From positions 186,001-250,000 of IMG/VR virus record IMGVR_UViG_3300042473_001265: a DNA stretch of 64,000 bases, one strand, 5' to 3'. The translations under genes were made by a program, and so were the position numbers. Positions 27,777 to 37,784 of this stretch are shown piece after piece (within the stretch, counting starts at the first letter, position 1; every line of letters begins with the position of its first letter). The notes below the pieces were generated by a model. It saw only the letters and a program-made list of their open reading frames with translations, had not been told where the DNA came from and did not search any database.

Positions 27777-28850
27777 ATGGGATTAACTAGACCTCGCGCC
27801 GCACAGATTTTTGATATAGACTACAAGCAAGCAACTCGTGTAATTACCGTTGCCAACATAACTTTGGCCGGCGGAGCTCCAGCAGTGGTCGACGGTGTCA
27901 GCTTGGTCTTGAACGATCGTGTATTGGTCACAGGTCAAACCACAGCCAGTCAAAACGGTTTGTATGATGTAACTGTGGTGGGTGTGGGATCTGACGGCAC
28001 CTGGGAAAGAACCAGCGATGGCAATCAAACAGGAGAAATTCTTGCCGGCATGATTGTCATGGTGACCGAAGGTACAATCTATGCTGACACACAGTGGAAA
28101 CTAATAACAGACAATCCCATTGTGATTGGAACAACTGCACTGACATTTGAACTCAACACCAGTGGCAATTCAATTTCCAATGGCACAAGCAACATAACAG
28201 TTCTAAACAATGCCAATGTCAATGTCACAGTGGCCAATGTTCAAATTGCTGCGTTTGCATCAACTGGATCGTATGTAACCGGATTGATTTCCGCAACTGG
28301 TAATGTTACTGTAGGTAATTTATTAACTGGGGGGATCATCAGTACCACTGGCAACATCACCGGTAACAATATTCTGGGCAATGGCGCTGCTCTTTCTGGC
28401 ATCAATGCGTTCAGCAACGTCACTGTCACTGGCGGAAACAGTGCAGTAGCAGACTCAATTTCCGATACTCTAACTTTAACAGCTGGCAGCGGTATTAGTA
28501 TTGTGATTGATTCAACCACAGATACCATAACCATTGGCACTCAACTTGGTAGTGAAATTTTTGTAGACGGCGCAGATTTTGGCACAGTAACTGAAACAGT
28601 GACCGTGAGTGACGATCTAGGGCTGGTCACTGCCGCCGTGGAGAGTGAAGCAGATCTTGGCACACTGGTGTTGTCGGGCCTGATCTATCCAGATCAGTTT
28701 GTTTTGCCCAGTTATACCACCAGTACATTGCCCAGCGCCGCAGTGACAGGCTCCATGATATATGTGACCAATGAATCTGGTGGAGCAGTGCCAGCCTTTG
28801 CTGACGGCACAAATTGGCGCAGGGTAACAGACCGTGCCATAATAACATAA
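27777..28850 (+). CDS. Tail-fibre-associated structural protein
   Basis: DGVSL..NDRVLVTGQT.ASQNGLY.V module, related to one in the 23055 gene. Confidence 0.72.
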   Translation: MGLTRPRAAQIFDIDYKQATRVITVANITLAGGAPAVVDGVSLVLNDRVLVTGQTTASQNGLYDVTVVGVGSDGTWERTSDGNQTGEILAGMIVMVTEGTIYADTQWKLITDNPIVIGTTALTFELNTSGNSISNGTSNITVLNNANVNVTVANVQIAAFASTGSYVTGLISATGNVTVGNLLTGGIISTTGNITGNNILGNGAALSGINAFSNVTVTGGNSAVADSISDTLTLTAGSGISIVIDSTTDTITIGTQLGSEIFVDGADFGTVTETVTVSDDLGLVTAAVESEADLGTLVLSGLIYPDQFVLPSYTTSTLPSAAVTGSMIYVTNESGGAVPAFADGTNWRRVTDRAIIT

Positions 28851-28870
28851 ATAGCATATAGGAATTTAAA

Positions 28871-29950
28871 ATGTCTTCACAAGTACAATACAGACGCGGA
28901 ACTAACGCACAAAATGCAGCATTCACCGGCGCCTTGGCTGAAATCACTGTGGACACCACAAATGGCACTTTGCGAGTGCATGATGCCATCACAGTGGGCG
29001 GTAGCAATATTGCCACAGTGGCTTATGTAACATCACAAATCAGTGCTCTAAGTGCCAATTCAATTACATCTGGTACCAGCAATTTTTCAATCATTGCCAG
29101 TGGCGGCAACATCCGTGGAAATGTAGGCGGAGCAACTGTAACAAATATTTATTCTGGTGGTATAGAACTGACTGGATTGCTCAGTGCCACAGGCAACGTC
29201 TCGGCTGAAAACTTAAATATCACAGGTAATATTGTTGACACAGGTGCATTGAGTATTATCACAGGCAGCAACGGAAACATTGCATTGTCGCCCAACGGCA
29301 CTGGTATGGTCAATATCAGCAGTGCGTTAAGTGTTACAGGCAACATTACCACTGGTAATTTACTCATAGGTGGTGCAATTCAAGACTATGCTCAATTGGA
29401 CATTCAGACCACTGCTGGCAATGCTAATATTGTGTTGACACCCAATGGTACCGGTAATGTTAATTTTGGCAGCAACATTATGCCAACTGCCAATGCCACT
29501 GCTAATATTGGCAGTGCCACTTCAAGTTTCAACACTGTGTTTGCCAAGGCCACATCGGCACAATACGCTGACTTGGCAGAAAATTATCTAGCTGATGCTG
29601 CATATGCCCCGGGCACCGTGATTGAATTTGGCGGCAACAGCGAAGTCACAGTATCTACTGTGGACCACAGCACAGCCGTTGCTGGTATTGTCAGCACAGA
29701 TCCTGCTTATTTGATGAATTCACATTTGCAAGGCGTTTATGCTGTGGCTGTTGCTTTGATCGGTCGTGTGCCGTGTCGAGTGCAGGGGCCTGTGAAAAAA
29801 GGATCTGTATTGGTCACCGGCACAGTTCCTGGAACAGCTATGGCCATTGATAATTTAAAATTTAAACCAGGCTGTGTGGTTGGCAAGGCAATGGAAACAA
29901 TTGATTCCGTTGATGTAAAAACTATTGAAGTGGCCGTTGGACGATTATGA
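28871..29950 (+). CDS. Fibre protein with Mtd-N-like N-terminus and C-terminal chaperone-like domain
   Basis: VQYRRGT..FTGALAEITVDT..LRVHD; YADLAENY..VALIGRVP..KG..VGKAM. Confidence 0.75.
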   Translation: MSSQVQYRRGTNAQNAAFTGALAEITVDTTNGTLRVHDAITVGGSNIATVAYVTSQISALSANSITSGTSNFSIIASGGNIRGNVGGATVTNIYSGGIELTGLLSATGNVSAENLNITGNIVDTGALSIITGSNGNIALSPNGTGMVNISSALSVTGNITTGNLLIGGAIQDYAQLDIQTTAGNANIVLTPNGTGNVNFGSNIMPTANATANIGSATSSFNTVFAKATSAQYADLAENYLADAAYAPGTVIEFGGNSEVTVSTVDHSTAVAGIVSTDPAYLMNSHLQGVYAVAVALIGRVPCRVQGPVKKGSVLVTGTVPGTAMAIDNLKFKPGCVVGKAMETIDSVDVKTIEVAVGRL

Positions 29951-30612
29951 TCACGGCTCATTATCGTAGTGATTACGAAGGCGAATTTGTAATTACCGAA
30001 AGCCGATGGTCCGGCGGCAAAAAAACACAAACCAGAGAATGGATTGCCAATCCAATTGCTAACCAACACATCAGCGGCCGAGCTGCGTGTATTGCCAGCG
30101 GCATTGACAAAGAAAAATTTGATTACAAAAAATTAGAACGACATCGGGGCGGCTTGCTGGGCTCAAAAAAACTACAAACATACGGAACCGGTTCTATCAC
30201 AAAAGAAATGCGATTGGATTTTGCTGTTGAAATTAACAAACTGATTCTCAAAGACATATTAGATCGTGGATATTCCACTGACAACATTGTGTACACCACC
30301 ACACGAAATTGTTTGGTCAATCCCGGTGAGTTCTATTTGATACCATACAACACTCTCATGGCAATGGAAGCATTGATACTATGGCTGGCAGCATTTGACG
30401 GACATAAAGAAATATTCATGTTAGGCTACAACAACTTGACACCGGGCACCACCAGTGAATGGATGTCACATGTGAATTCAGTGATTGCTGCATTTCCGTC
30501 GGTTAAATTTATATTAGCTGGCGAAGAAACTGTTATGCCACGAGAATGGCGAAAAAATGCCAATGTTGAGTGTATAAATTATCGTGAGTTCGTCACTCAC
30601 TGCGACGTTTGA
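29947..30612 (+). CDS. Divergent Maf/DUF115-like protein
   Basis: AACIASG..LQTYG..LAAFDGHKEIFMLGY resembles the 17548 gene. Confidence 0.5.
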   Translation: MITAHYRSDYEGEFVITESRWSGGKKTQTREWIANPIANQHISGRAACIASGIDKEKFDYKKLERHRGGLLGSKKLQTYGTGSITKEMRLDFAVEINKLILKDILDRGYSTDNIVYTTTRNCLVNPGEFYLIPYNTLMAMEALILWLAAFDGHKEIFMLGYNNLTPGTTSEWMSHVNSVIAAFPSVKFILAGEETVMPREWRKNANVECINYREFVTHCDV

Positions 30613-31037
30613 ACGCCATGTTCCACTGTGGCCATTTTGTTACGCACAGCGTCAAAATTCACAGTTGACCACAGTCCTGGGTGCATGGGTCTAGGCCATG
30701 TGCCACTGGCAATCCAAGCCCATCCAATATGTTCGTCGTTGAGAGTTGGCGCAAATTCTTCTGCAACACTGCAAAAGAATGTGTGATAAGAAAATCCACC
30801 GTCGGCACTGGTAAATTTTTCAATGGGAACCAGCTTTATATAATCCGGCATTGAACCCAATTCTTCTTCACACTCGCGAATCATTGCCTGCATAAGTGTT
30901 TCGTGTTCTTCAATTTTGCCACCAGGCAGACCCCATGAATCTGGATGCCGAGCGTCATTGCGCATGAGATATAGATATCGCTGTGTGCTGATGCTGTAAA
31001 ACCAAACTCCCACTGCGTTCAAAGCACTATTCTCCAT
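30597..31037 (-). CDS. NUDIX hydrolase
   Basis: Nudix box GGKIEEHETLMQAMIRECEEELG; start position uncertain. Confidence 0.9.
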   Translation of the reverse strand: MENSALNAVGVWFYSISTQRYLYLMRNDARHPDSWGLPGGKIEEHETLMQAMIRECEEELGSMPDYIKLVPIEKFTSADGGFSYHTFFCSVAEEFAPTLNDEHIGWAWIASGTWPRPMHPGLWSTVNFDAVRNKMATVEHGVQTSQ

Positions 31038-32431
31038 TGACCGCCAGGATACAAGCCTTGGTAACTCTTGACCCAAGTTGCACCAGTCCATTTGTACTGT
31101 ATTGCAGTGGTGATATTGGTGACATATTGCGCATTGTCCGGGCTTGATGTGTTATCAAACACCACTTGCCAACGCCCATCAATGTATTCAATGATGTCAT
31201 TTGTCTTGGCCGTCAATGGCTGTCCTGATGTGCCAGTCCATGCTGCTGCATTACCGTTGTCGCTGCCAGTGTTTTCGGTCAGCAAGTATCTCTGACCTGC
31301 CACCGCAGCCGGCAATCCAACACCAGGTCCACTGCGCAACGGATCAATTACTGAACGCACCGGAGATAGAGTATTTTGTGGTTTGGTGTCTTCATCAATG
31401 GTAAACAGCATAAAGCGATCGTCGCTGGGGTCATAGGCCACTGTGCCAGCAACTTCTGTGCCGTCTGCTTGTTCTAAAAATACTTGACTAATGCCCGGTC
31501 GTAACACGCCGTACGCACCAATCAATGCGGTCCACAACAGGTTGCTGGCCGGTGAGTCCGGCGGTGTCAAACTGGAGTTGGGTTGATCTACCACAGCACT
31601 GGGGCGTAACGCTTGTAATTTATTGCCAATCAGCAAAGTTTGATATTCCCACGGTGTAATCACCAGTCGTGTGCCCAGCAATAAATCATTGTCTACGACC
31701 GCGTTGGCAGCATCACCATTGGCATCATGTATGTTGGAAATGATTCGTTCAACAACACCCAACTTCTTAACTTTGGCAGGACTACTGATCCAGATTGGCA
31801 ATGAAAATGTCATTGTGGCAATGTCAATGGCATCATCAGTGCCAGTGGGAATTGATCGGCTACTCCATTGTGTTGACTCCAGCTGTACTATGCTCAAACT
31901 GGTCCAGTCAATGTAGTTGTCGGTGCTTTGTATTTCCAGCGCTGGATTAAACAGCACAGCAATCTGCTCCAGCAGTTGCATTTTTTGATTGGTGTTGGAT
32001 GTCCATATATCCAACTTGAGAGTGAGTTTGTATGGCACTGGCATCAAGCGTTCAATTGTGAATGCATTGCCCTGTGTTGTTTCGTAGGTTTGAGTGTTGT
32101 CGTCGTAGGTGCGTTGACGCACTGCAATGTTGTTTACAAAATACGGTTCTTGCATTCTGGGACGATCGTAATCAAATCCTGACACATAAAAACTCATCAT
32201 GGGAACAGATGTCATAAAGTTTGCAGAGTTGTTCTGCATCACAGTTTGTACTTGTCGACTGGAGTCGCCGTAGCGAATTGGCACCCGCACTAGGGTGTGT
32301 GCTGTTCCTTCCTCGTTGCGTCCGTATTCGACTTGAAAGTTTGAAAAGATTCGTGTGAATTGCAGCAGGAAACGACGAATTTGTTCATCGTAGAAAAAAT
32401 ATGGATTGGTGTTGGAAGGTGTAGTTGCCAT
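31019..32431 (-). CDS. gp15: Tail sheath stabiliser/terminator (gp15-like) with C-terminal extension
   Basis: QIRRFLLQF..FSN, VPIRYG, MPVPY.L...L.IW, QLLEQI..LFNP. Confidence 0.75.
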   Translation of the reverse strand: MATTPSNTNPYFFYDEQIRRFLLQFTRIFSNFQVEYGRNEEGTAHTLVRVPIRYGDSSRQVQTVMQNNSANFMTSVPMMSFYVSGFDYDRPRMQEPYFVNNIAVRQRTYDDNTQTYETTQGNAFTIERLMPVPYKLTLKLDIWTSNTNQKMQLLEQIAVLFNPALEIQSTDNYIDWTSLSIVQLESTQWSSRSIPTGTDDAIDIATMTFSLPIWISSPAKVKKLGVVERIISNIHDANGDAANAVVDNDLLLGTRLVITPWEYQTLLIGNKLQALRPSAVVDQPNSSLTPPDSPASNLLWTALIGAYGVLRPGISQVFLEQADGTEVAGTVAYDPSDDRFMLFTIDEDTKPQNTLSPVRSVIDPLRSGPGVGLPAAVAGQRYLLTENTGSDNGNAAAWTGTSGQPLTAKTNDIIEYIDGRWQVVFDNTSSPDNAQYVTNITTAIQYKWTGATWVKSYQGLYPGGQWRIVL

Positions 32432-32433
32432 TA

Positions 32434-33759
32434 TTAACCGCCGTTGTCTGCGTTGGGTTTGAGTATGTCACTTAGACTCTGACGACTTGGGATAGCACCA
32501 CGATCATTGGTCTGCACAGTTTCTCTGTTGTTGACAAATCCTGCTCGCAATGAAGAATTTTTGTATGTGGTTTCATTGTAGCCAGTTGTGGGTTCAAACA
32601 CCGGTGCAGTACGAACACTGTCTTCGATCTTGACCCAGGCCACACCATCGTAACGGAACAGTCGATTGGGAAAGTAATCCAAACGCAAGGTGTAATCACC
32701 AGCAGCCGCACCAGATGGAAATCCAACACCAGCAGTGATTGGCAACCCGTTGGGAGCAACACCGTCACCGGTCAGGTACCCAACTGTGTAGCCGTCGCTG
32801 CGTGGTGTAGTACCTTCGCCGCCCTGTGTACCGTCCACAGTGGGCGGTGTTTGATCCGCAGTGAGTCCAGACGCAGCCGGTTGCCCATCTTCTGTGGTAG
32901 GAAGAATATAAAACTTAACAGTATCATAGCCAGTCAGGGGCACTTCCACAGCGGCCTGTGTCAGGATAGCATCGTTGATCTCTAGATCTTTTGTGCGGGT
33001 AGAAGTTTTACCTCCAATGGTATCTGGAGTTTTTTCGGTCCAGTATGTGGTGTTGGTAATGTCAGTGCCTGGAGGAACTTCTCTGATGGCAGTGTAAAAT
33101 TTATCGCCATTGTTGACCACAGTGCCAGCAGGATACAAATTGCCCGGATCCCAGATGTTGTTGGGCTCAAACGCCTGTTTGGTAATGCTGTTGTATTCTT
33201 GAGCATTGACCATGGGTGTGGCCTTGACACGCCACAGGTGCGGCAACCAAGTTTGGCTAAATCCTTCGCTGGCATACGAAGCGTCCTGTATCACATACCA
33301 TTTGGGCAGTGCTTTGACAATGCTGGTATCCAGCGGATGGTAATCTTTCAAGTTCGGCACTTCGATCACATCGCCGCTCATGAGTTTGCGTCCAATGGTG
33401 TCAATCATGTCATTGTAATGAAATGTGATAAACAGTGTGTCGTTGTTCAGAAACAGGCCAAATTGAGTCAGATCAAAATCAATGTCAGCCACACGATAAA
33501 CGCCACGCTGCACATACACATCCGGATCGTAGGTGCGGTCTCTGTTTTCCAACAGCAGTAAATCTTCAATGAACAAGGGATTTTGTGTGTCGTACACTGG
33601 TAATGTAGCATCTGCATCGCCAGGATCACCAGTGGATGGGCCGATGTATTTGTGGATATAGATATCTAATCCGCCAACAGTGTACATTTCTGATATAGTT
33701 CTGTCCAGAAACTTATAGTCGGATGTTTTATTTGGGCGATACAGTGAGAGTCTCGGCAT
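32434..33759 (-). CDS. Neck protein (gp14-like)
   Basis: Immediately upstream of the gp15-like gene; LTQFGLFL..D..FITFH..GRKLMSGDVIE.P motif. Confidence 0.6.
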   Translation of the reverse strand: MPRLSLYRPNKTSDYKFLDRTISEMYTVGGLDIYIHKYIGPSTGDPGDADATLPVYDTQNPLFIEDLLLLENRDRTYDPDVYVQRGVYRVADIDFDLTQFGLFLNNDTLFITFHYNDMIDTIGRKLMSGDVIEVPNLKDYHPLDTSIVKALPKWYVIQDASYASEGFSQTWLPHLWRVKATPMVNAQEYNSITKQAFEPNNIWDPGNLYPAGTVVNNGDKFYTAIREVPPGTDITNTTYWTEKTPDTIGGKTSTRTKDLEINDAILTQAAVEVPLTGYDTVKFYILPTTEDGQPAASGLTADQTPPTVDGTQGGEGTTPRSDGYTVGYLTGDGVAPNGLPITAGVGFPSGAAAGDYTLRLDYFPNRLFRYDGVAWVKIEDSVRTAPVFEPTTGYNETTYKNSSLRAGFVNNRETVQTNDRGAIPSRQSLSDILKPNADNGG

Positions 33760-33779
33760 ATAGTTATTTATCGCACCAC

Positions 33780-33808
33780 TTGACCAATAAATCCAGAAGT
33801 GCTACAAT
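33780..33808 (+). promoter_or_regulatory. Sigma70-type early promoter 1
   Basis: TTGACC-17 nt-TACAAT with TG extension. Confidence 0.7.
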
Positions 33809-33814
33809 GGCTGT

Positions 33815-34087
33815 ATGAAAGTAGTCAAACTGAACCGCAGATTTCGCCAATTCAAAGAACACGGGCACACCATTGCTCTAAGATTTCCCTCATACACTGA
33901 ATCTGTGCCATACGAAAAAACAACTCGCAATAAATTGGGCGTTGGCGGCTGGCAGCGGCATGATTCATGGTACAGTTACTTTGGACACGGTCGGGTTGCC
34001 GGGTACCGTCCGTACTGGATCACATTCCGCAACGAAGCAGATGCTACTTTAGTGTTGCTTTGTACTGACTTGACCAAAAATACATGA
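33815..34087 (+). CDS. Hypothetical early protein
   Basis: 90-aa ORF starting 6 nt after the -10 box. Confidence 0.65.
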   Translation: MKVVKLNRRFRQFKEHGHTIALRFPSYTESVPYEKTTRNKLGVGGWQRHDSWYSYFGHGRVAGYRPYWITFRNEADATLVLLCTDLTKNT

Positions 34088-34098
34088 AGTGCTATAAT
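34070..34098 (+). promoter_or_regulatory. Sigma70-type early promoter 2
   Basis: TTGACC-17 nt-TATAAT with TG extension. Confidence 0.8.
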
Positions 34099-34125
34099 TA
34101 ACACTTAAACAACAAAGGAGCCACT

Positions 34126-34416
34126 ATGTTAGCATTTGCCCCGCAAACACAAAAGCAATTTACCGCATTGTTGCAGTATGTAGATAAAAACAGGCCTGCC
34201 ATTGAGTCACGCAAAACAGCAGAATATAAACAGGCAGTGGCCAATGTGCGCGAGATAATGCGGGCATATTTTGCAGTTAATCCTCCTAAACTAACTGCTT
34301 TTTCCCCATGGAAACATTTGGGCACAAGAGATATGTGTGTGCAAATAGCAGAAAAATACAGTATCCCCATATGGGATATACGGGGAGAGGCAAACCCGTA
34401 TACTTACAGTAACTAA
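34126..34416 (+). CDS. Hypothetical early protein
   Basis: AAGGAG SD; has its own promoter and terminator. Confidence 0.7.
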   Translation: MLAFAPQTQKQFTALLQYVDKNRPAIESRKTAEYKQAVANVREIMRAYFAVNPPKLTAFSPWKHLGTRDMCVQIAEKYSIPIWDIRGEANPYTYSN

Positions 34417-34421
34417 CAGTC

Positions 34422-34450
34422 AAAACCCGTCATTTTGGCGGGTTTTCTTT
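34422..34450 (+). terminator. Rho-independent terminator
   Basis: AAAACCCGTCA-TTT-TGGCGGGTTTT-CTTT. Confidence 0.75.
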
Positions 34451-34453
34451 TGG

Positions 34454-34482
34454 TTGACAATAATTATCAAAACTGCTATAAT
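34454..34482 (+). promoter_or_regulatory. Sigma70-type early promoter 3 (perfect consensus)
   Basis: TTGACA-17 nt-TATAAT with TG extension. Confidence 0.88.
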
Positions 34483-34511
34483 TACACTAATTGAACAAAG
34501 GAGCTGACACA

Positions 34512-35651
34512 ATGATTGCACACACTCGCGTTAAAGCACTGAATCCCCGTAGCCCTGACACCAAATTTATGGGGCAGGAACCCACCTGGGAAGTGCAGCC
34601 ACGCCCAGAATTGCGAACCGGATTGATGTCGGCTGCATTCACATGGTACAATTACTTTTACAATAAAAAAGATGCTAGAGACATGATTGTTTCATATCTG
34701 GAACAGCATGGCCGTCGGGCAGATATCAAACGCCTGCGTGGCGTCAGCGACAGCACTATTGTTTTGACAGCGGCATGGCTGTGCCGTATGAGTGCGGTGG
34801 GACTGGAATTGACCGATTCAGAGTCAGCCAAACTACAATCGCTGTTGGAGCAAACCATGGGCTCGAGACCGCAAGAAGTGGCAGAAGTGGATCCTGGTGC
34901 TGCCAGTGCAGTCAAGCTGACCATTCAAGACCGTCTGCGTGACAAGGTGACTGAATGCGCCGGCGAGTTGGAAGGCATGCTGGACGATTTTATTGCCGCC
35001 GGCGCCAAGATGAGTGCAGACTGGAAACCCATTGCACAAATCCGCGGCATGAATGTGGCACCACAAATGGTCAAAGATATTGCCGAAGTTTGGCAACGAA
35101 AGCTACCGGAATTTGAAGCAGTGGTAGCCGGCAAAGATGCAGACCTAACAGAAGCCTACAGTCATCTCAGCAAAATCCAAATGCGCAATGTAATCAAGTT
35201 TTGTGAAGCAGTGATCAACGACTGCGGTGCTTATGTGCAAATCAAGAAAGTTGAACGCAAGCCCCGTGCAGTCAAAGCAATTGCACCAGAAAAACGAGCT
35301 GCAAAATTCAAACATCAGCTTGAGTTTGCGGAACTCAAGCTCAAAGGCCTGCCGGCTGCAAATCTTGTTGAAAAAACTGAAGCCTGGTTGTACGACACCA
35401 AAAAGCGCAAACTTATCCATGTGGTAGCAGACAGTCATGTGGGCACATTCACTGTGAAGAGCAACAGTATCATTGGGTTTTCCACAGTGGAAAGCCAACA
35501 ACGCACTGTTCGCAAGCCAGCTGACATTCTAAAAGCAATGAGTGCCGCAGGCAAGCCGGCAGCCAGGAAGATATACAAAGATCTTACCACAGCAGAAACA
35601 GTGTTCAACGGGCGTGGCACAGAGAATTTGATCATTCTAAAAGCCTGGTAA
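34512..35651 (+). CDS. Conserved hypothetical early protein
   Basis: Long ORF; ATG 34512 follows an AAGGAG SD; basic C-terminus NGRGTENLIILK. Confidence 0.75.
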   Translation: MIAHTRVKALNPRSPDTKFMGQEPTWEVQPRPELRTGLMSAAFTWYNYFYNKKDARDMIVSYLEQHGRRADIKRLRGVSDSTIVLTAAWLCRMSAVGLELTDSESAKLQSLLEQTMGSRPQEVAEVDPGAASAVKLTIQDRLRDKVTECAGELEGMLDDFIAAGAKMSADWKPIAQIRGMNVAPQMVKDIAEVWQRKLPEFEAVVAGKDADLTEAYSHLSKIQMRNVIKFCEAVINDCGAYVQIKKVERKPRAVKAIAPEKRAAKFKHQLEFAELKLKGLPAANLVEKTEAWLYDTKKRKLIHVVADSHVGTFTVKSNSIIGFSTVESQQRTVRKPADILKAMSAAGKPAARKIYKDLTTAETVFNGRGTENLIILKAW

Positions 35652-35697
35652 GACTGGATTCATTCAGTGCCATAAATATAAGCAACGGAGTTCTTAC

Positions 35698-36468
35698 ATG
35701 GCCATTGAAGTCGAAACCAGTCTTAACACACTAAAACAAAATCTCATTGAATATGTGCGCCTGCAACTGGGCTCACAAATTATTGACCTTGAGCTGGATG
35801 CAGAACACTACGAATCCGCATACCAACGCACCCTTGGAGTTTATCGTCAGCGAGCACAGAATGCCTACGAAGAAAGCTACAGTTACCTGGAACTGGTAGA
35901 CGGTGTGGCCATCTACGATTTGCCACAGGAAGTTATTCAAGTCAAACAGATCTTCCGAAGAACATTTGGAAATTCCCAAGGCCCATTTGCATCAAACTTT
36001 GATCCGTTTGCTCAGGCACAAATGAGCGTGTATCTCATGAACTTCAATGTAGCAGGCGGTCTGGCCACATACGACTTTTACAGCCAATATGTGGAACTGG
36101 CCGCAAGAATGTTTGGTGGTTACATGAACTTCACATGGAATCCAGTTACTAAAAAGCTGCAACTGATCCGCGATCCCAACGGATCCGGCGAAAATGTACT
36201 GTTGTGGACCTACAATCTCAAGCCAGAATTCAATCTGTTGCGTGACTTTCAAATATCACAATGGATTCGTGACTACATGGTGGCCAACTGTAAAATGATC
36301 ATTGGTGAAGCTCGTGAAAAGTTTGGTACCATTGCTGGACCGCAAGGTGGCGGCACACTAAACGGTGCTGCAATGAAAAGCGAAGCACAGACACAAATGG
36401 ATAACTTATTGGTAGATCTCAAGAACTATATAGATGGATCCGAACCACTCAGTTGGGTAATTGGCTAA
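35698..36468 (+). CDS. gp13: Neck protein (gp13-like)
   Basis: YVRLQLG..IIDLELD, WIRDY..A.CK.IIG..R.KF..I.GP.GG.TLNG. Confidence 0.8.
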   Translation: MAIEVETSLNTLKQNLIEYVRLQLGSQIIDLELDAEHYESAYQRTLGVYRQRAQNAYEESYSYLELVDGVAIYDLPQEVIQVKQIFRRTFGNSQGPFASNFDPFAQAQMSVYLMNFNVAGGLATYDFYSQYVELAARMFGGYMNFTWNPVTKKLQLIRDPNGSGENVLLWTYNLKPEFNLLRDFQISQWIRDYMVANCKMIIGEAREKFGTIAGPQGGGTLNGAAMKSEAQTQMDNLLVDLKNYIDGSEPLSWVIG

Positions 36469-36531
36469 TAAAACCAGTTGTTTGAACAAACACTGCTAGG
36501 CAAATTGTCATAAATCTGTTATACTATCAGT

Positions 36532-37056
36532 ATGGCAGACTTAATGATCGATCTTGAAGGACTTGGTACAGGTCCCGACACCACAATACTAACCATAGCC
36601 GCCCAGAGCTTTGATCCCTTGGGCACCGGTTACTACCAACGGCATTACTATGCTCGTATTGATCTTGAAAGTCAATCCGCTCGCAGTATACAGCAAGACA
36701 CTATAGACTGGTGGGCGACCCAACCCGCTGCGGCTCGCGACGAAGCATTCAATGAAGCAGATCGTGTTCCATTGGATCAAGCCCTGGACGAGCTGGGCAA
36801 ACTGATATGGCAAAGCAAGCGCATATGGGCGCAAGGTCCCACATATGATATGAATATTCTTGAACATGCATATAAAAGTTACAGCAAACCCCTGCCGTGG
36901 TTGTTTTATGTAGTTCGTGATAGTCGTACTGTGTTCGGGCTGTGGCCCGAGCTGCCTAAGCCGCCCACAAGCCACCACGCTTTGGAAGATTGTCGTAGGC
37001 AAATTGCCATGTTGCAGACAACCCTGCAACATCTAAATGTAACGGAACTGTCATGA
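36532..37056 (+). CDS. DEDDh 3'-5' exonuclease (DexA/RNase AS-like)
   Basis: MIDLE, WAQGPTYD, RDSRT, HHALEDC. Confidence 0.85.
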   Translation: MADLMIDLEGLGTGPDTTILTIAAQSFDPLGTGYYQRHYYARIDLESQSARSIQQDTIDWWATQPAAARDEAFNEADRVPLDQALDELGKLIWQSKRIWAQGPTYDMNILEHAYKSYSKPLPWLFYVVRDSRTVFGLWPELPKPPTSHHALEDCRRQIAMLQTTLQHLNVTELS

Positions 37057-37769
37057 AAATTGGTATATTTGGTGATAGTTATGCAGCAGAAAAGTATGGC
37101 CCTATAGCCTGGAGTCACTTATTGCGAACACAATATCACTACAACATATACAATTATGCGTGGTCTGGTACTTGTTTGTTCTGGTCGTATCAACAGTTAA
37201 TAAAACATATTGATAATCTCGACACTGTAATATTTGTTGCAACTCAAAGCGGTCGGCTTGCCGGACCGGATCCGACCACGACGCCGGATTCACTGCATAA
37301 TATTTCTTGTATGTTCAACACCCAATATGCAATTAAAAATAATCCATCAATGGATCTAAATCGTTTGGCTGTGTTTAAAGCTGCTGAGCAGTATCATTTA
37401 AACTTGACCAATGACCAGTTTGATACATTTGTGCATAATCAAACTATAAAAGAGATTATCAGGCTATGTGGGAAACGCGGAAAAAAACTCATAATGATTC
37501 CGGCATTTGATGTGAACATTACTCGTCGGTCGGCATTTCGGTGTTCGCTAACCGATGTATCACATAAGGAATTAACTACACAATTTGGTTCACAACATCA
37601 AGGATATGTTCTGGAAAAGGGTACACGAGCCAATCACATGAGTAAAGAAAATAACATAGTCTTTGCTGGAATTGTTGATAGACTGTTGCGTGACGAAGTC
37701 TTTTCAATCGGCCTAGACGATTTTGTATTTAAAAAAGTTGCTGATCCCGAGTTGTATTGGGACATTTAA
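37053..37769 (+). CDS. Hypothetical protein, SGNH-hydrolase-like
   Basis: IFGDSY, NYAWSG and NH motifs. Confidence 0.55.
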   Translation: MKIGIFGDSYAAEKYGPIAWSHLLRTQYHYNIYNYAWSGTCLFWSYQQLIKHIDNLDTVIFVATQSGRLAGPDPTTTPDSLHNISCMFNTQYAIKNNPSMDLNRLAVFKAAEQYHLNLTNDQFDTFVHNQTIKEIIRLCGKRGKKLIMIPAFDVNITRRSAFRCSLTDVSHKELTTQFGSQHQGYVLEKGTRANHMSKENNIVFAGIVDRLLRDEVFSIGLDDFVFKKVADPELYWDI

Positions 37770-37784
37770 AATAAGGTAAAATTT

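Noticed and set aside
26414-29580. Possible DGR template/variable repeat pair
   Set aside because: Differences are mostly synonymous C/T rather than adenine-specific, both copies are coding, and no reverse transcriptase is present in the window.
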